Shown here: positions 1 to 12,873 of the stretch, piece by piece
Layout of the letters: each line of letters starts with the position of its first letter
Position numbering within the stretch: the stretch's first letter is position 1
The notes under the pieces: generated by a model
What the model was told of the DNA's origin: nothing
The model's input: the letters and a program-made list of their open reading frames with translations, nothing else
Databases searched by the model: none
Source: Octopus vulgaris
Lineage: Eukaryota
Assembly (NCBI GenBank): GCA_951406725.2
Contig: OX597814.1
Span: 56,792,001-56,856,000 of the forward strand
Length of the DNA: 64,000 nucleotides
Direction of reading: 5' to 3'
Translations under genes and position numbers: made by a program

Positions 1-542
1 TCAATGAATGTGTGATGGAACAGACTAAATCTGTTTATATTTATTTTTGATTTTTCACAAAATATACTTGTAAAATAGGGTCGTGTCTCATCTAAGAGTG
101 CCTCTTGTATGCTGGCAAATGTAGCATATAAATTCGCGAAACTATTCTATCTCAGTACCACAGCTGTGTAATCCTCCTGAAAAAGAAACAAATTGAAAGG
201 TGTTAATATCTCTACAGAAAATTTGAGACCGGGGGGTGGGGTGGAATCGGGGAAGAAAATATTACTTTTGAATATGTAATTAGTATTTATACAGAGATTA
301 GGTATATCTCAAAGAGGAAAGAATACTAAGCAACATTGTGCTTATTTAAAAAAAAAAAAATCTTGGAGAAATATTGACAATTTCAACCTTTCATGTTTAT
401 GCAGTTATATGCATTCTCTCAAGTAGTGATTGTTTAACTGCTATCTCTTCCACAGATTTTTATAGCACTTCTTGTGATGCTGTTTAAGACACATTATGAA
501 CTGTTCTCATATTTTTTTTTATTTCCCCCACTCTGTTGCTAG

Positions 543-583
543 AAACCAGTAGAGGTACCAATTGGACTGGTCTTGCGATTAAG
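543..583 (+). CDS. OXSR1: OSR1/SPAK (Frayed-like) Ste20 kinase, internal exon starting the CCT/PF2 domain (upstream exons lie outside the window)
   Basis: Pyrimidine tract + AG at 541-542, GTTAGT donor at 584. Encodes KPVEVPIGLVLRL(R), matching the ISLVLRLR start of the OSR1 CCT domain. Its phase-2 end joins the next exon in frame. Confidence 0.88.
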
Positions 584-1408
584 GTTAGTGCATTATTCTG
601 CATGTTTCCAATTAAAAAAAAATATTGTTATTCTTTTCTTGTTCATGGTTTCATGCTGTATATTTTGTTCTTTTTCTTATAAAGCAATGAATTTGAAAAA
701 AGACTCAGTTCTTTATTTGTTTGGCTCCATTCAACTATCTCACCTGTCATGTGTTGTCTTAACTTCAAACAATTTCAATAACTTATTACTATATTGTAGT
801 AATATAGTAAAATCTGGAATTCAAGGAAATTGGTATGGTTGGTATTGAAGTTATACACTATCTATAACTCAGTCATTGATCTTTCCACTATAAAAGAAAT
901 GTAACTGAAAACAAGTAACAAATCTGTAATGAGAAAGAATTTAAAAAAAAAAAAATTTTTTAATAAAAAAGTAGCAAACAATAATTGTGTGTGTATTTGT
1001 GTATGCCTGTATTAGCAAACGTGACTATTAAAATATTGTAATGTTATAGTTTCAGCTTGTGCATTATTTAAGTAACCAAATTTGTTGCTCCATGACAAAT
1101 GTTGGTTAAGATATTCTTTTATTTTTATCATTTATTTTATAGAGACCCATCTAACTATGTTCAGTCATCTGCAGACATCTAGGTTATGACTCACTATAAA
1201 GCTAATACTATTTTATTGTCTTATTTCACCTGTCCAATCCAGACAAATGCAAAATACAACAAAGTCAAAATAGCTAAAACTTTTATGCTTTCTTGCTGAA
1301 ACTGTATTAGTTGGCTTGCTCATTTCCACTATTGCAATCCTGGAATACAAATAGCCCAGACATCACTCTGAATACCAATGTAATTTAGTTGTTACCCTAT
1401 TTTCTATA

Positions 1409-1640
1409 CCAGTGATTTCCAATGTGGGGCATACGTCCCAGCAATGAACCCTTGGAAAATTGTGGTGGAGCATGGGATCTAAATTTTTTTCCTTTTTTAG
1501 TGAGACATGGAAGTGTGAAAATCTTTTTTTTTTCACAGCAAACATACTAACACCTATACTTTTTTTCCAGCCACTGGTGGGACACATTTTTCTGGAAAGT
1601 TTTAGTGGGGTTTGGGGGGAAAAATAGGTTGGAAAACTCT
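1409..1640. mobile_element. degenerate hAT-type MITE
   Basis: Begins CAGTGATTTCCAA and ends GGTTGGAAAACTCT, an imperfect TIR pair of the Charlie/hAT type. No clear TSD. Confidence 0.4.
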
Positions 1641-2141
1641 TCTTTATTCAATGAAGCACTGTTTTACAGAATATATATACTGGACAGACAGATTTCATTA
1701 GCTGGAGGGTAGTGGGAGGGAACTACCCTTCTAGGAGAAGGAAAGATCCTAGTTCCAAGCCTCCACTGCCTTGCAGCCATACCTGACCACAGAAAAGGCT
1801 TCAAGAGTAAACCTTGGGGGAAAAATCAGGTGTTGGCGCCCCCGAGGCAATTTGATATTGTCTACAACCTTATTCTGGGAAGTTGTGTGATGACAGTGGT
1901 GCCATATTGCAATGGGTATGCTGTTCTTTTGGATCCATCAGCAACGTAGAGAGTGGGGACTTGTTGCATGGACAACAGCTTGTCTTCTGTACCATAATAC
2001 TTCCCAGGCACATCAAAAATCTATCAAATCATTCAGAGAAGAAATTAGATTTTCAGCATTGTGTGTGTTTGTGTGTGTGTGTATGTTAATAACAATAGTA
2101 ATTTTGTTCAAAGATTTAATTATATATTTGTTTATTTACAG

Positions 2142-2194
2142 AAATGAGAAAAGAGTTCTAAATGACATCAAATTTGATTTTACGCCAGGACAAG
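2142..2194 (+). CDS. OXSR1: OSR1/SPAK kinase CCT domain exon
   Basis: ttacAG acceptor and GTAATT donor; 53 bp; (R)NEKRVLNDIKFDFTPGQ(D) vs human OSR1 RNSKKELNDIRFEFTPGRD. Confidence 0.93.
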
Positions 2195-3014
2195 GTAATT
2201 TCCAATGACTAAATTCTTTTCTCAGAAAATAACAGGTCTTCCGAATGTGCTTAGTCTGTCCTTTATCTAAATCTTCAAAATATTATCATATTCTCAAGGG
2301 ACCATTATCTACTTCATTATCCGGCTTATAATAAATGTTAGTTAAAACTTAACAGCAGTAGACATGAGTGAGATAGTGGAGAAAACGGATTAAAGAGATT
2401 ACTAGACTTAATTTCAAGAAATCATTATTAATCTGTAACAGTGGTACAATGTCAGGTATTGTCATTTAAATTGACGCTGCTACTTGACTGGTGATACATC
2501 TTATTGATTTATTGATGCTACTACTTGACTGGTGATATAGTTTATTGACTCCAAAAGTATGAATGGCACAGTTGACCTCAACAGGACTTGGACTCAATAT
2601 TAGTGACAAGTAGAAAACATAGCAGGGTAAGAAAGTCTTACTGAGTTTAGATTCATGCCTCACTACTCTGACTTCAAATGTTAGTATGTGTTTGTGTGTA
2701 TCCTTGTCTTGACATCATGTGAGGAGGTGTTGAGGCATACTTGCTTAGCTGTCTGAGCTGGGTCAGAGGAGAAACATATTTGCTATGTGATAATCAGCCA
2801 CATAGAACTAGTGGAGTTCTGATGATCTTGCTGACGTTCTAAATCAATGTTCCCTCTAATCTACATAGCCGAGCAGCTGCACACTCATTGAATTGATGTG
2901 GCATGCATCAAAATGCTTCTAGTCACTTTATTTTACAAACATTTGCTTGATGAGCTGCATGAAAGTGCTGCATAGTATATTTGGACTTAAAGTATTTTTT
3001 TGCTCAAAATATTT

Positions 3015-3231
3015 AATGGTTTAACATTTAAACCAGCCATATCTGGCCAAAATATTATGTTTATATTCAAATTGGCTGCACCTGGCCCCTCACACCAATC
3101 CTACAATATCAGTAAAAATTAACATTTACCTCATCATCTCAAAGTTACAAGACAATGCTTGATTAATTCAAAACAAATGAGAATAAATAAGCATTACTTT
3201 TGACAGAATAATCTGAATGCTAAAGGGTTAA
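3015..3231. mobile_element. piggyBac-like MITE relic
   Basis: Right end GAATGCTAAAGGG-TTAA; the left end is decayed (tttaacatttaaac). Confidence 0.35.
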
Positions 3232-3525
3232 GTTCTGTTCAGTCATTGGGAAAATTTACCTGGAACATTGACTAAAAGATATTGGGAGTGTGGCAGGGGT
3301 TGAAGGTGTTTGTTAAAGAATGATGAGATTTTCCAGTGGGTGCATACATGTGGCTGTTAGGCACCTAGTACACACTGTGGAGTGGTTTGTATTAGGAAGG
3401 GCATCCAGCTGTAGAGACAAACTGGAGTCAGATGCAGCTCTCTGACTTACTAGTTTCAAGTCAAACTATCCATCCCATGCCAGCATGGAAAATGTACACC
3501 AAAAAAATAATGGTGCATAGGCACA

Positions 3526-3880
3526 GGTTTGGCTGTGTGGTTAAGCAGCTTGATTTGCAACCATGTGTTTTCAGGCACAGTCCCACTGTGCATCTTCTTG
3601 GGCAAGTGTCTTCTACTGTAGCATTGGGCTGGTCATTGCCTTGTGAATTAATTTGATTGGCAGAAACTATGTGGAAACCCATTGTGTGTTTGTGTTCCCC
3701 CTATGCTTGACAACCAGTGTTGGTTTATGTCCCCATAACTTAATGATTCTGCAAAGAGCCTGATAGAATAAGTATCACACAAAATAAGTACCAGGGACAA
3801 TTTGTTTGACTAAAAACCCTTCAAGGTGGTGCCTCAGCATAGCCTTAGTCCAATGACAGAAACAAGTAAAAGGTAAAAGA
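3526..3880 (+). mobile_element. tRNA-head SINE (abundant family, internal microsatellite, LINE-like 3' tail)
   Basis: A/B-box-like head, GGGCAAGTGTCTTCTAC body and GGTGCCTCAGCATAGCC..GAAACAAGTAAAA tail shared with the copies at 21770, 29205, 35818, 37142, 45455 and 59810. Confidence 0.8.
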
Positions 3881-4872
3881 AGTAAAAGGTATTGAATTTA
3901 GTTTGTAGTTAAAGCTGTTCAAGCTGATTATTAAATAAATGCATTGAATAAGTTGGAACAGCTGCCTTTGCATTCAGTAATTCCAATTATTCTGTATTTT
4001 AAATAGAAAATTGAAAAGATAGTGTGTTGAAATTTTGTCTGAAACAGCTTTCATACATTGAATAATAGAAACTGGATAAATATAGTGGAGAGTGTCTTTT
4101 GTTTATTTTTCATATGTTTTATAACTGATAGGTTGTGACTGTTGGCATTTTTTATATCTTTCATATGCTTGTATGTTGTTGTTGTCTCCTTGCCTTGACT
4201 TCACATGATAGTTGTAAATAAGTGTCACCATCATTGTCCTTCATTTCCAGTATTCGGTGAAAGCATGTCTGGCCATGAGGAAATACTACGTTGCTTGGAA
4301 TAGAAAGGACATCCAGTAATAGAAAATCCTCCTCAACAAATTCCATCTGAAAGTGGATGTTGATGTGATTCTTCCTATTCTTCCTAAAATTAACAGAAGA
4401 TTTGGAATGTGGATGCTTGTGTACATAAAAGTACCCATGCTGATGCCATGTAAAAGCACCCATGCAGGTGCTATGTAACAATGCCTGTGCCGGTCCCACA
4501 TAACAACACCCATGCTAATCCCACATAAAAGCACCCGGTGCACTCTGTAAAGTGGTTGGTGTTAGGAAGGACATCCAGCCATAGAAACCATGCTAAAACA
4601 GACAAATGAAGCTTGGGCAGCTCCCCAGTTTCAGTCAAAACATCCAACGCATGTCAGTATGGAGAACAGATGTTAAATGATTATGAATGTGACACAAATG
4701 AAGTCTAAGACTGAATTTTGGTTATGTGATCGACTACTATCAGATCCAACTAATTGTTTTGAATAGATATACATAATTGGGTTTATTTACAATAGATATG
4801 TATATGATGATGATGATGATGTATGGGTGTGTTTTTTTTCTGGTTTCTAAAATCAAAACTTTGTTTTTTTAG

Positions 4873-4941
4873 ATACATCAGATAGTGTCTCCAGAGAACT
4901 AGTTGAAGCTGGTCTTGTTGATGGTCGTGATTTAATTGTTG
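4873..4941 (+). CDS. OXSR1: OSR1/SPAK kinase CCT domain exon
   Basis: tttttAG acceptor and GTAAGC donor; 69 bp; DTSDSVSRELVEAGLVDGRDLIV vs OSR1 DTAEGVSQELISAGLVDGRDLVI. Confidence 0.93.
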
Positions 4942-4974
4942 GTAAGCAAATTTTTTTATTTCTTTCCCTCCACT

Positions 4975-5450
4975 CCATTCAGTTATTCCTGAGAGGGTTG
5001 TGAGGGTAGAATTCTTGGGCATCTCCTGTATAGGGTTTTGTCAGAAGTAACCAACATCAGATTTTCCAACTGGATCCCCAAGTGTGATCAACTGGGACTA
5101 TGGATAATATCTAACCATTTCATTCTTGATCTGCTCTTGGGTTTCCTGCCTGTTTACCTGACTTGAATAATCTCCTTTGCAATACTTTTCTGTGACATTT
5201 TAACCATGTCTGTAGTACCAGAACTGTGACCTCTCAATGTGGAGAAGTAATAGTTCAACCTGGAGAGACTCTGTCGAGTAACATTGCTCCAGAAATCCCA
5301 TGTTTTGGTTGCTTGTTTTATGTTTTCTAAATTTTGCAATCTTAAATTCTGATTGCAATTAGAAAATACTTTATCATCATTGTTTTCATGTTTCCTTTTC
5401 TGTGCTGACATAGATTGGACTTTATGTCCTGATTCCATTTTTGAAACCAA
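4975..5450 (-). mobile_element. 3' fragment of an RTE-like LINE
   Basis: Homologous by eye to 14270-14540 and 25330-25860; the minus strand reads like an RTE C-terminus (..RWLDIIHSPS..). Confidence 0.55.
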
Positions 5451-5689
5451 CCCCCTTTTAATTGCCTCTTACAACATGCTATGATACAGTGTGGCTGTTC
5501 TAAAGAGCAGGATACACACAATTATGAAATACATATAACGTACTGAAGAACAACTTTGGAAAACTGAACCTTTCAGGTGAGATGACAAAGGACTGAGACA
5601 CCTGGCACCTAGTTGCACTCAAAAAGACCCATACCCCACAGCAGAAGTGTTAAGACCAATCCTGCTTGTGGTGTAAAGCATTTGTGGTG

Positions 5690-6027
5690 GTGCTGTGTAA
5701 AAAAACACTTGTGTGATGTCATGTAAAAGTGCCCATGCAGTGCCATGTAAAAGTGCCCATGCAGTGCCATGTAAAAGTGCCCATGCAGTGCCATATAAAA
5801 GTGCCCATGCAGTGCCGTGTAAAAGTGTCTGTGTGGTGTCATGTAAAAGCGCCTGTGTGGTTCCACATAAAAGCACCCAGCAAATTCTGTAAAGTGGTTG
5901 GTGTTAGGAAGACATCCAACTGTAGAACCCATACCAAATCAGACTGGCGTCTGGTGTAGCTTGTCACCTCTGGTCAAACTGTCCAACCCATGCCAGGATG
6001 GACAATGGACATTAAATGATGATGATG
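5690..6027 (+). mobile_element. RTE-tail retroposon with a 24-bp minisatellite (TGCCATGTAAAAGTGCCCATGCAG)n and a (GAT)n tail
   Basis: About 7-8 tandem units at 5690-5880, then GTGGTTGGTGTTAGGAAGACATCC...TAAATGATGATGAT. The same tail occurs at 3370-3500, 4425-4690 and, reversed, at 17958-18420 at the end of an RTE LINE. Confidence 0.7.
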
Positions 6028-7002
6028 TTTTAATTGTTTTATAGTTTAGTATGAGGAAGATGGGCAGCACTTATGAGTTTTACAAGGGCCTAAGTCTGAC
6101 TTTTCTAAAAGTGCATAAGAGCCAAATGGAGTTTGCCTGGAATTCCATTAGAATATATAATATATGTGAAAATTACAAAAATAAGACTGAAATAGTTCAT
6201 CTGGGTTAAATGTAATTTATTTAAACAGGAACATTCAATGTTTTCAGGTGTTTATCTTTTATTAAATTAAAAAAAAAAATTGGGTTGGCATGCTCTTTAC
6301 ATTCAGCATTTTTGTTTCTAAACCACTATAATCTTATTCTTGTTTATTTATAGTATTCATTGTTGATAGTTTGTTAAAATACAAATTGAATTCATTAATT
6401 ATGCTAATTCTATTATTGATTTCAACATCAATAATTGCATTAAATGGGACATATGTGTAAACAAATCAGAAGAAAGAAAGGAAAATATATTTAATGCACT
6501 TTATCACATTATTTTACTTTAAGCCAGTATGGGTAGATTATATTTTTTTCATTGTTACTAATTTAAATATTTGTATAAAAATATTTGTCTAAGTCTTGTA
6601 GGAACAAGTACATTTAACTACATCTGATTGATCTTTATGTTAGCTTTTCAACTGTTTAGCAGGAGTGAAGGTAACTAGAGTAATGCCACTTAATCTCCAA
6701 CCACCACATCATGCTGTCCAAACCTTGTGGTTTAAACCATGGAGTCCTAATTTTACTGCAAGTTGAAATATTTGTTTAATGAATGTGTGGTCTACCACTC
6801 TGTATATAAATCCAGTATGTGCAACTGAGAAAGCATTAAATTAATATAGCCACCTATGTGTGATACTTGATGTATGACAACATTTGTTTTTAACACAGCG
6901 TATCCATAAGTGATGTTATCTCAGGACAAATACCACACAAACTGACTTATCAACACTGTATATACGTTAATTATGATATATAAATGGGTACTGTATGTAT
7001 GT

Positions 7003-7065
<63 letters not shown>

Positions 7066-7066
<1 letters not shown>

Positions 7067-7422
7067 TAGCACTATGACCCGGCGTTGCCGAGTCATAGTG
7101 CTAGTGCATGCATATACAGCTGCGTGTGTGTACACATACATGTGAGTACTGTCAAAATCTCTGACCAATCACGTACAACTAGCTGGCATTCAATTGGCGT
7201 ATCAACTTTCGGGCATTTTGATTGGGTTTTGGATAGAAAATTCACAAAAAAGTCACATCTATTGATTTTTTGATGGCTTTGCAGGATGGCTGGGGAAATG
7301 TAAAGATGTGCATGACCACCCTTGGACGGTTTTGAATGACCGTAGAAAGTACGAGCCCTCTAACTGAAAAATAGTGGATTTGTATAAAGGGGACACACAC
7401 ACACACACACAGACATTTTGCC

Positions 7423-7435
<13 letters not shown>
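7066..7435 (-). mobile_element. non-autonomous Helitron
   Basis: Left end is a decayed reverse CTAG plus a 17-bp-stem hairpin (7067-7103). Right end (CA)n-GACATTTTGCCGTTTATATA resembles the reversed 5' end of Lep1-type Helitrons. Confidence 0.6.
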
Positions 7436-7465
<30 letters not shown>

Positions 7466-7879
7466 GTGAAATAGAAAGATGAATAATCTTGTTGCAGATT
7501 AATCAAAAGTTTAACCGATACCTTGGTAGCAAAAATCACAGCAGAAGAAAGCACGGTTGGAGGTACAACTAATAATATATATATATATATATATCTATAT
7601 CTCTTTTGTCCCCCCCCCCCCCCTCTCACATTTCCTTGTCTTCTCTTCTTGCTTGCTTTCTCTCCTGTGTCATTTTTTCTCACCCCTCTTTAATTCTTCT
7701 TTCCCCACGTGACTGGTGTTTGGCCGAGCCTTAACTTTCTTGGTTCGGCCGTTGTCCATGCAACATCTATATTCCTCTCTGCGCCTGTGGAATCTTGTAT
7801 CCCTGCTGTAAGGCTTTATTTCCACACACGCCAGTTTAATTTAATTCATCCTCAGTTAAAAGACACTTGCTGTTATGTC

Positions 7880-8122
7880 CTGTTATTTGTATAACATTCT
7901 CCATGTTTTTCCCCCATCCTTGTTTTCGTATACATTAGCTACTTTCTTCCAAGCTTAGTTTTTCCTTGGGGCTGGCAAGAATGGAGCAACCTCAAGTATA
8001 ACCAGCTGAAATTGCAAAGATAATCTGGAACTCAACTGAGGAAAGAAAACTCCGAATGACCCATCCTTGTTTTCTTTGTATTGTCTACCTGGATGTTTTG
8101 CATTCTTGTCCCATTTTGTATT
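7880..8122 (+). mobile_element. interspersed repeat, probably a Penelope-like pseudo-LTR
   Basis: Inverted homologue at 32560-32860; both copies end at (TA)n; carries a hammerhead-like but non-canonical CTGANGA..GAA motif. Confidence 0.5.
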
Positions 8123-8140
8123 TATATATATATATATATA

Positions 8141-8184
<44 letters not shown>

Positions 8185-8185
8185 C

Positions 8186-8570
8186 ACATCCAGTGTCAAG
8201 TTAATCACAGAACTTGAGGCAATCCAATGAAGCTACACGAAGAAGATAGCCTCTGTGCAGCATATAAGCTACTGGGAAAGACTCAAGAGATTAAGACTCT
8301 ATTCCTTAGAGCGTAGGCGAGAAAGATATGCCATAATATACATCTGGAAGATCCTTGAAGGACTTGTCCCAAACTTTGGCATCGAGAGTTACACAAAGGT
8401 GCAGATGAGGGCAGCTGCATCAAACTCTCTCATGCACCAAATGGCAATTGCTAAAAAGCATTCGTGAAGTAAAATCATGTAGCAACACCAAATGGCAGTG
8501 CCCCAGCATGGCCATAGCTCGTGAGCTGAAACTAGATAAAGTAAAATAAAAAATAAAATAAAATAAATAA
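8186..8570 (+). mobile_element. 5'-truncated, internally deleted CR1-group LINE 3' end
   Basis: SYWERLKRLRLYSLERRRERYA..ESYT|KVQMRAAASNS matches the C-terminus of the 37391-40492 ORF with a deletion of about 80 codons; same 3' tail (..CCAGCATGGCCATAGCTCGTGAGCTGAAACTAG). Confidence 0.85.
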
Positions 8571-8984
8571 ACATATGTGTGTGTGTGTGTGTGTGAATAA
8601 TGAGAGATATGGAAGATATGAGAATGTTTATTAATCACTACAATTGCTTTGACCCATCTAGCATCAATCCCTCACAGGTGGGATACTTAACAACTGCATT
8701 AGCAGTATTTGACAGTGTAAATGTGTTTCCTCAGGTGATTACAAGATATATCCCATGAAAATAATAACTGTTCCACAAGATATCTTCTCAGTTTGTGTAG
8801 AGAAAAGCAGAAAATTAAAGGATACAGCTTCATTTTTATATAAGATCAATGATAAATAACCGATGCAAAACGTAATGAATACAATGAATAAATCATATTG
8901 TATACACCTGGTAGTTTACCGGCAAACCATGTTCACTTTTACAGTGTTTGTTGGGTACTTGAATAATGAGAAAGATGGAAGCTA

Positions 8985-11463
8985 ATAGCTTAGGAGTGAA
9001 ATTTAGGATTTTTTGGTTTTCTGTGAATCCATTTTGATAAAACTTTTCCCAGCTGGTTTGCACACTATGGCAATACCGTTGTTATATCAATAATATTAAT
9101 ATGCTATCTTTTTGTTTTTGTATATACCTGTTGTATCTGTCACACTTACTTCAAAGAAGAGGCAGTAAGAGAGAGTGAAAGAGACAGTGAGTAATGGTGG
9201 TGACGGCATTCGTTTTGTGTTTTTAAATATTTCAGAGGGGATGTAAGAAAGAAAGAGGAAGAGTGAAAGAGAGAGTGAGTGGTGATGGTGTTTGTTTTGT
9301 GTTTTTAAATGTTTATCACATTGCAAGAGAAGTACATTCATAGATACATATACACATTGTTGAATCAAAAGCGGGAGAGAAGAGGGACACAGAGGAGGAA
9401 GTGAAAGATCCAAAGAAAAGTTCATACATAGATACATACACACAGCAAATATTGGATGTTAATTTCGCATTTTATTACCACACAATAAAATTAACTCACA
9501 AATGGCTGAGTACTCCACAGGCATGCATAACATTAATGAAGTTCTCAGGGAGATTCAGCCTCACATAGAATATGACAAGGCTGGCCCCTTTGAATTACAT
9601 CAACAACTCGAAATATGAATGTATTTGTGTGTGTTTATAGTTTAGGTCAGTTAAAAGATGTTTGCAATAATAAGTGTCATGTGGTGGAAATAAATGCAAT
9701 TACCAAACTTTCATTCATAAATCCATTTATTATTTTGCTCTTTTGCATTTCAATTTGTACAGTAAGGTTCTTTGAATATGTACGATGTATTTTAAGGTTA
9801 AATAGTAATTCCGTTTACGTTTGTGTAACTGAGATATTTTGGTTGGATTACATGGTCATTGGTGTTACATTACTTTCTATATTCTGTAACTCACAATATA
9901 CTTTTCTAGGCCTGAATTTTTTGTTGGGAGGGAGCCAGTTGATTAGATCGACCCCAGTACACAATTGATATTTTATTTATCAACCCTGAAAGGACAAAGT
10001 TGATCTCGGCAGAATTTGTGCTCAGAACGTAAATACAGACGGTCATAATATACAAACATTTCTCATGGCACCAGTACACTGTTTACAGATGCTTACATTT
10101 TTTTAAAGTTTTCCATGAATTTTTCACAGATCCAGCTAGTTTTTGTTATTCTGTGTAATGTCCTTTCTTTTTTTAATTTCAGATTCTTCAGTTTTTGGGT
10201 GAACCATGCTGATAGCTTTTGAATAAAAATAGCCTATCTAGACATTTTTTTTCAGAAAATGAAGGTTAATGATACATATTAAGCATACATTGAGTATATA
10301 TTTAACGGAAGACTATAATAATAATATAACATTTATTGACATAATGAATGATTTAACTGTGACAGCTAGGGATTTAAGGAATATTGGCTGCAAGTTACAT
10401 AGGAAATCTGGACAAACAAGCAAAGCTATTTTCACCACCTCCAGACTTCCTCATGTACTGTAAAACCAGAAATTGCATCCTCAGGACCATGACTTCCTTG
10501 TGAGAATCCCTGAAGCTGCCTCCTCACTGGAGTTTGAGGCTTCAGTGGGCCCAAAAGTACATGACGTTAGACATGAGTTGTGTTCTGTTCACTGAGGAAG
10601 CCAGGGCAACCCTTGGTGAGCCTGACAGTTAGGAAAATGGTTGAGTCTATTTTGGAGTTGAGTGTCACCAATGTTTATGATGTCAACACCAGGGTAGAGG
10701 AGTCGTGTTTTGGACTAGTATCATTGGGGACAGACTTGTTGGCCTAGTCAGAATGCCTTGAAGGAGCTAAAGTTATTGCAGCCGCCTACTGCAATCTCCT
10801 GAAGGAGTTCTTGGATCCCTGGCTAGATGACATACTGCTGTCACTTCTAAGGAATTCGTATTCATACATGATAATACTCCCTCCCACTCTACTAGGACCA
10901 CCCAAACATTCCTAAGATCTTACAGTATACAATGTGAAAGGTTGATGGTGTGGCTGCTAGCATCTCTGGATCTCAACCCTATTGAAAATCTTCAGTCCAT
11001 CATTAAACAAGATGTTTATGCTGATGGACACCAATTTACCATCAAAGCTGCAGCAGAGGTAGTCCAATCTGCTGCTATTAAGAAATTGACAGATTCCATG
11101 ACTAATAGGGTTTTTGAAGTTATCCATTGAAATGATGCTCATGTGGTTAAATAATTCATTATGTCAATAAATATTATATTATTTTAGTTTTCTGTTAAAT
11201 ATATACTCAATGTATGCTTAAATATGTATCATCAACCTTCATTTTCCAACAAAAAATGTCTCAATGGGTTATTTTCATTCAAAAGCTATTAGCATGGTTC
11301 ACCCAAAAAACTGAAGAATCTGAAATAAAAAAGAAAGGACATTACACAGAATAATGAAAACATAACAACGGTGTTGCCATAGTGTACAAACCAGCTGGGG
11401 AAACTTTTATCAAATTCAATTCAAAGGAAACCTAAGAAATCCTAAATTTCACTCCTAAGCTAT
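8985..11463 (+). mobile_element. Tc1-like DNA transposon with ~320-bp TIRs and a decayed transposase; the left TIR is interrupted by a Helitron
   Basis: Left TIR 8985-9086 + 10140-10357 is the reverse complement of right TIR 11146-11463; TA flanks both ends; relic WLLASLDLNPIENL (Tc1 WPxxSPDLNPIENLW) at ~10950-10992. Confidence 0.85.
9087..10139 (+). mobile_element. non-autonomous Helitron (contains a Meta-SINE fragment at ~9910-10040)
   Basis: A|TC...CTAG|T with no TSD; CpG-decayed subterminal hairpin CCATGAA-TTT-TTCACAG (10113-10129); removing it restores the Tc1 TIR to the same length as its partner. Confidence 0.75.
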
Positions 11464-12522
11464 TATCATGGTTCTGGGTGTGTGTGTGTGTATGTATGTA
11501 TATATAATTTATTCATTACCCATGTTGTCTTCAGAATGGTTTGCCTTCTTTACATTAATTTTAGGAAGCAGCTCAACACAGAAAGTCTTCTTAAAGATGT
11601 AACATATAAAGACAGATTCCAAAGGAAGTAGTTATGGTGTGTGCTAGCAAACATTATTCAGTGGAGTTCATGAGTTTTGATGAGTTCAGCATCATCATCA
11701 CTTACAACTTGACCAGACCAATGCAATTCTTCTATGCCAGATGTCCTGGTTGAATGATGCTGCTTGGATGTTTGGCTTATGTTTTTAGTCACATAGCTCT
11801 TTCATTAGCTAAAGTATCTTACCTGTGCAAGCAATGACTGCAGCTGATAGTAATAGTTTGCTAACTGAACCTGTTGATCCTGGTTGTTGACAGTTTGTTA
11901 TCTGTTTATTTTTTCAATATCTCGTAATATTTGCCTTTGACTCAAGAAGTTCATTTGCTGAAATAGTTCACATCCACTTTACTGCATCCTGTAATTTTGA
12001 TGCACCTTGGCTTGGGTGGTTATATGCTATTTAAACCCATAGCTCAGATCTTGACATGTGCTACTACTTTGAGTCAGAATAAACCCGGGAACAATCATGG
12101 CTAAGAGATGGTACTGCACTCATCAAACCCTGGATATCTTTAGCAAGGATTCCAGTCCCTGATGCAGTTTAAAGTCCTATCCGGGATAAGTTAATTGGTG
12201 ATGGGGAAAAGATGAATCTGATGTTTTGTAGGGTGGGGACTAACCCTTGATAAATAATTTTTCTGTTTTTTTTTTTCAAAGATGCTGAGTTAATCTTGAG
12301 TCAGCCTTGAAATAACAGATTCCACTTTTCCCATGCTTTCAAACTTATCAAAACTTTTAAACTTTACATAATCTAAGATTTATTTGTTTTAAAATGTGAG
12401 AATTCTTTTCTTTCTTTTGTTCTTGGACTCTAGTTGAACAATCATAATTTCTACAGCATAATAGAATTCAGGACAATACAATACAAATAAATAATAATAT
12501 TAATTAACTCCTCTATTTCCAG

Positions 12523-12587
12523 TTGCTGCTAATTTGCAGAAAGTGTTGGATAACCCGACTGAAAATAAAAACATTACTTTTGCTTTG
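12523..12587 (+). CDS. OXSR1: OSR1/SPAK kinase CCT domain exon
   Basis: ttccAG acceptor and GTAAGA donor; 65 bp; VAANLQKVLDNPTENKNITFAL vs OSR1 VAANLQKIVEEPQSNRSVTFKL. Confidence 0.93.
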
Positions 12588-12817
12588 GTAAGATGAATTC
12601 TGAAATTTTCATGTACAGACCTGATGTGTGTGTGTGTATACATATATATACATACACACATCTCTCTCTATATATGTGTGTGTGTATGTCCCACCCATGC
12701 TAGCATGGAACATGGAACTTGACTGTTGGTTGTTGTTAAGTTTGCAGAGGTTGCAGATAGCCAAAATCATAAAATATGTGGAAAACAGATAATATAACCT
12801 TATGTTTATCACAATTT

Positions 12818-12873
<56 letters not shown>

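Noticed and set aside
5690-5880. CRISPR-like periodic repeats
   Set aside because: Contiguous tandem units without unique spacers, in a eukaryotic retroposon context, with no cas genes.
7815-7860. CTGAGGA...GAAA on the minus strand
   Set aside because: No stem II or stem I pairing around the motifs.
8030-8070. Hammerhead-like CTGAGGA..GAAT motif (and its homologue CTGACGA..GGAT at 32635-32670, minus strand)
   Set aside because: Lacks GAAA, stem II is weak and stem I is out of register; not callable as a ribozyme without a family consensus.
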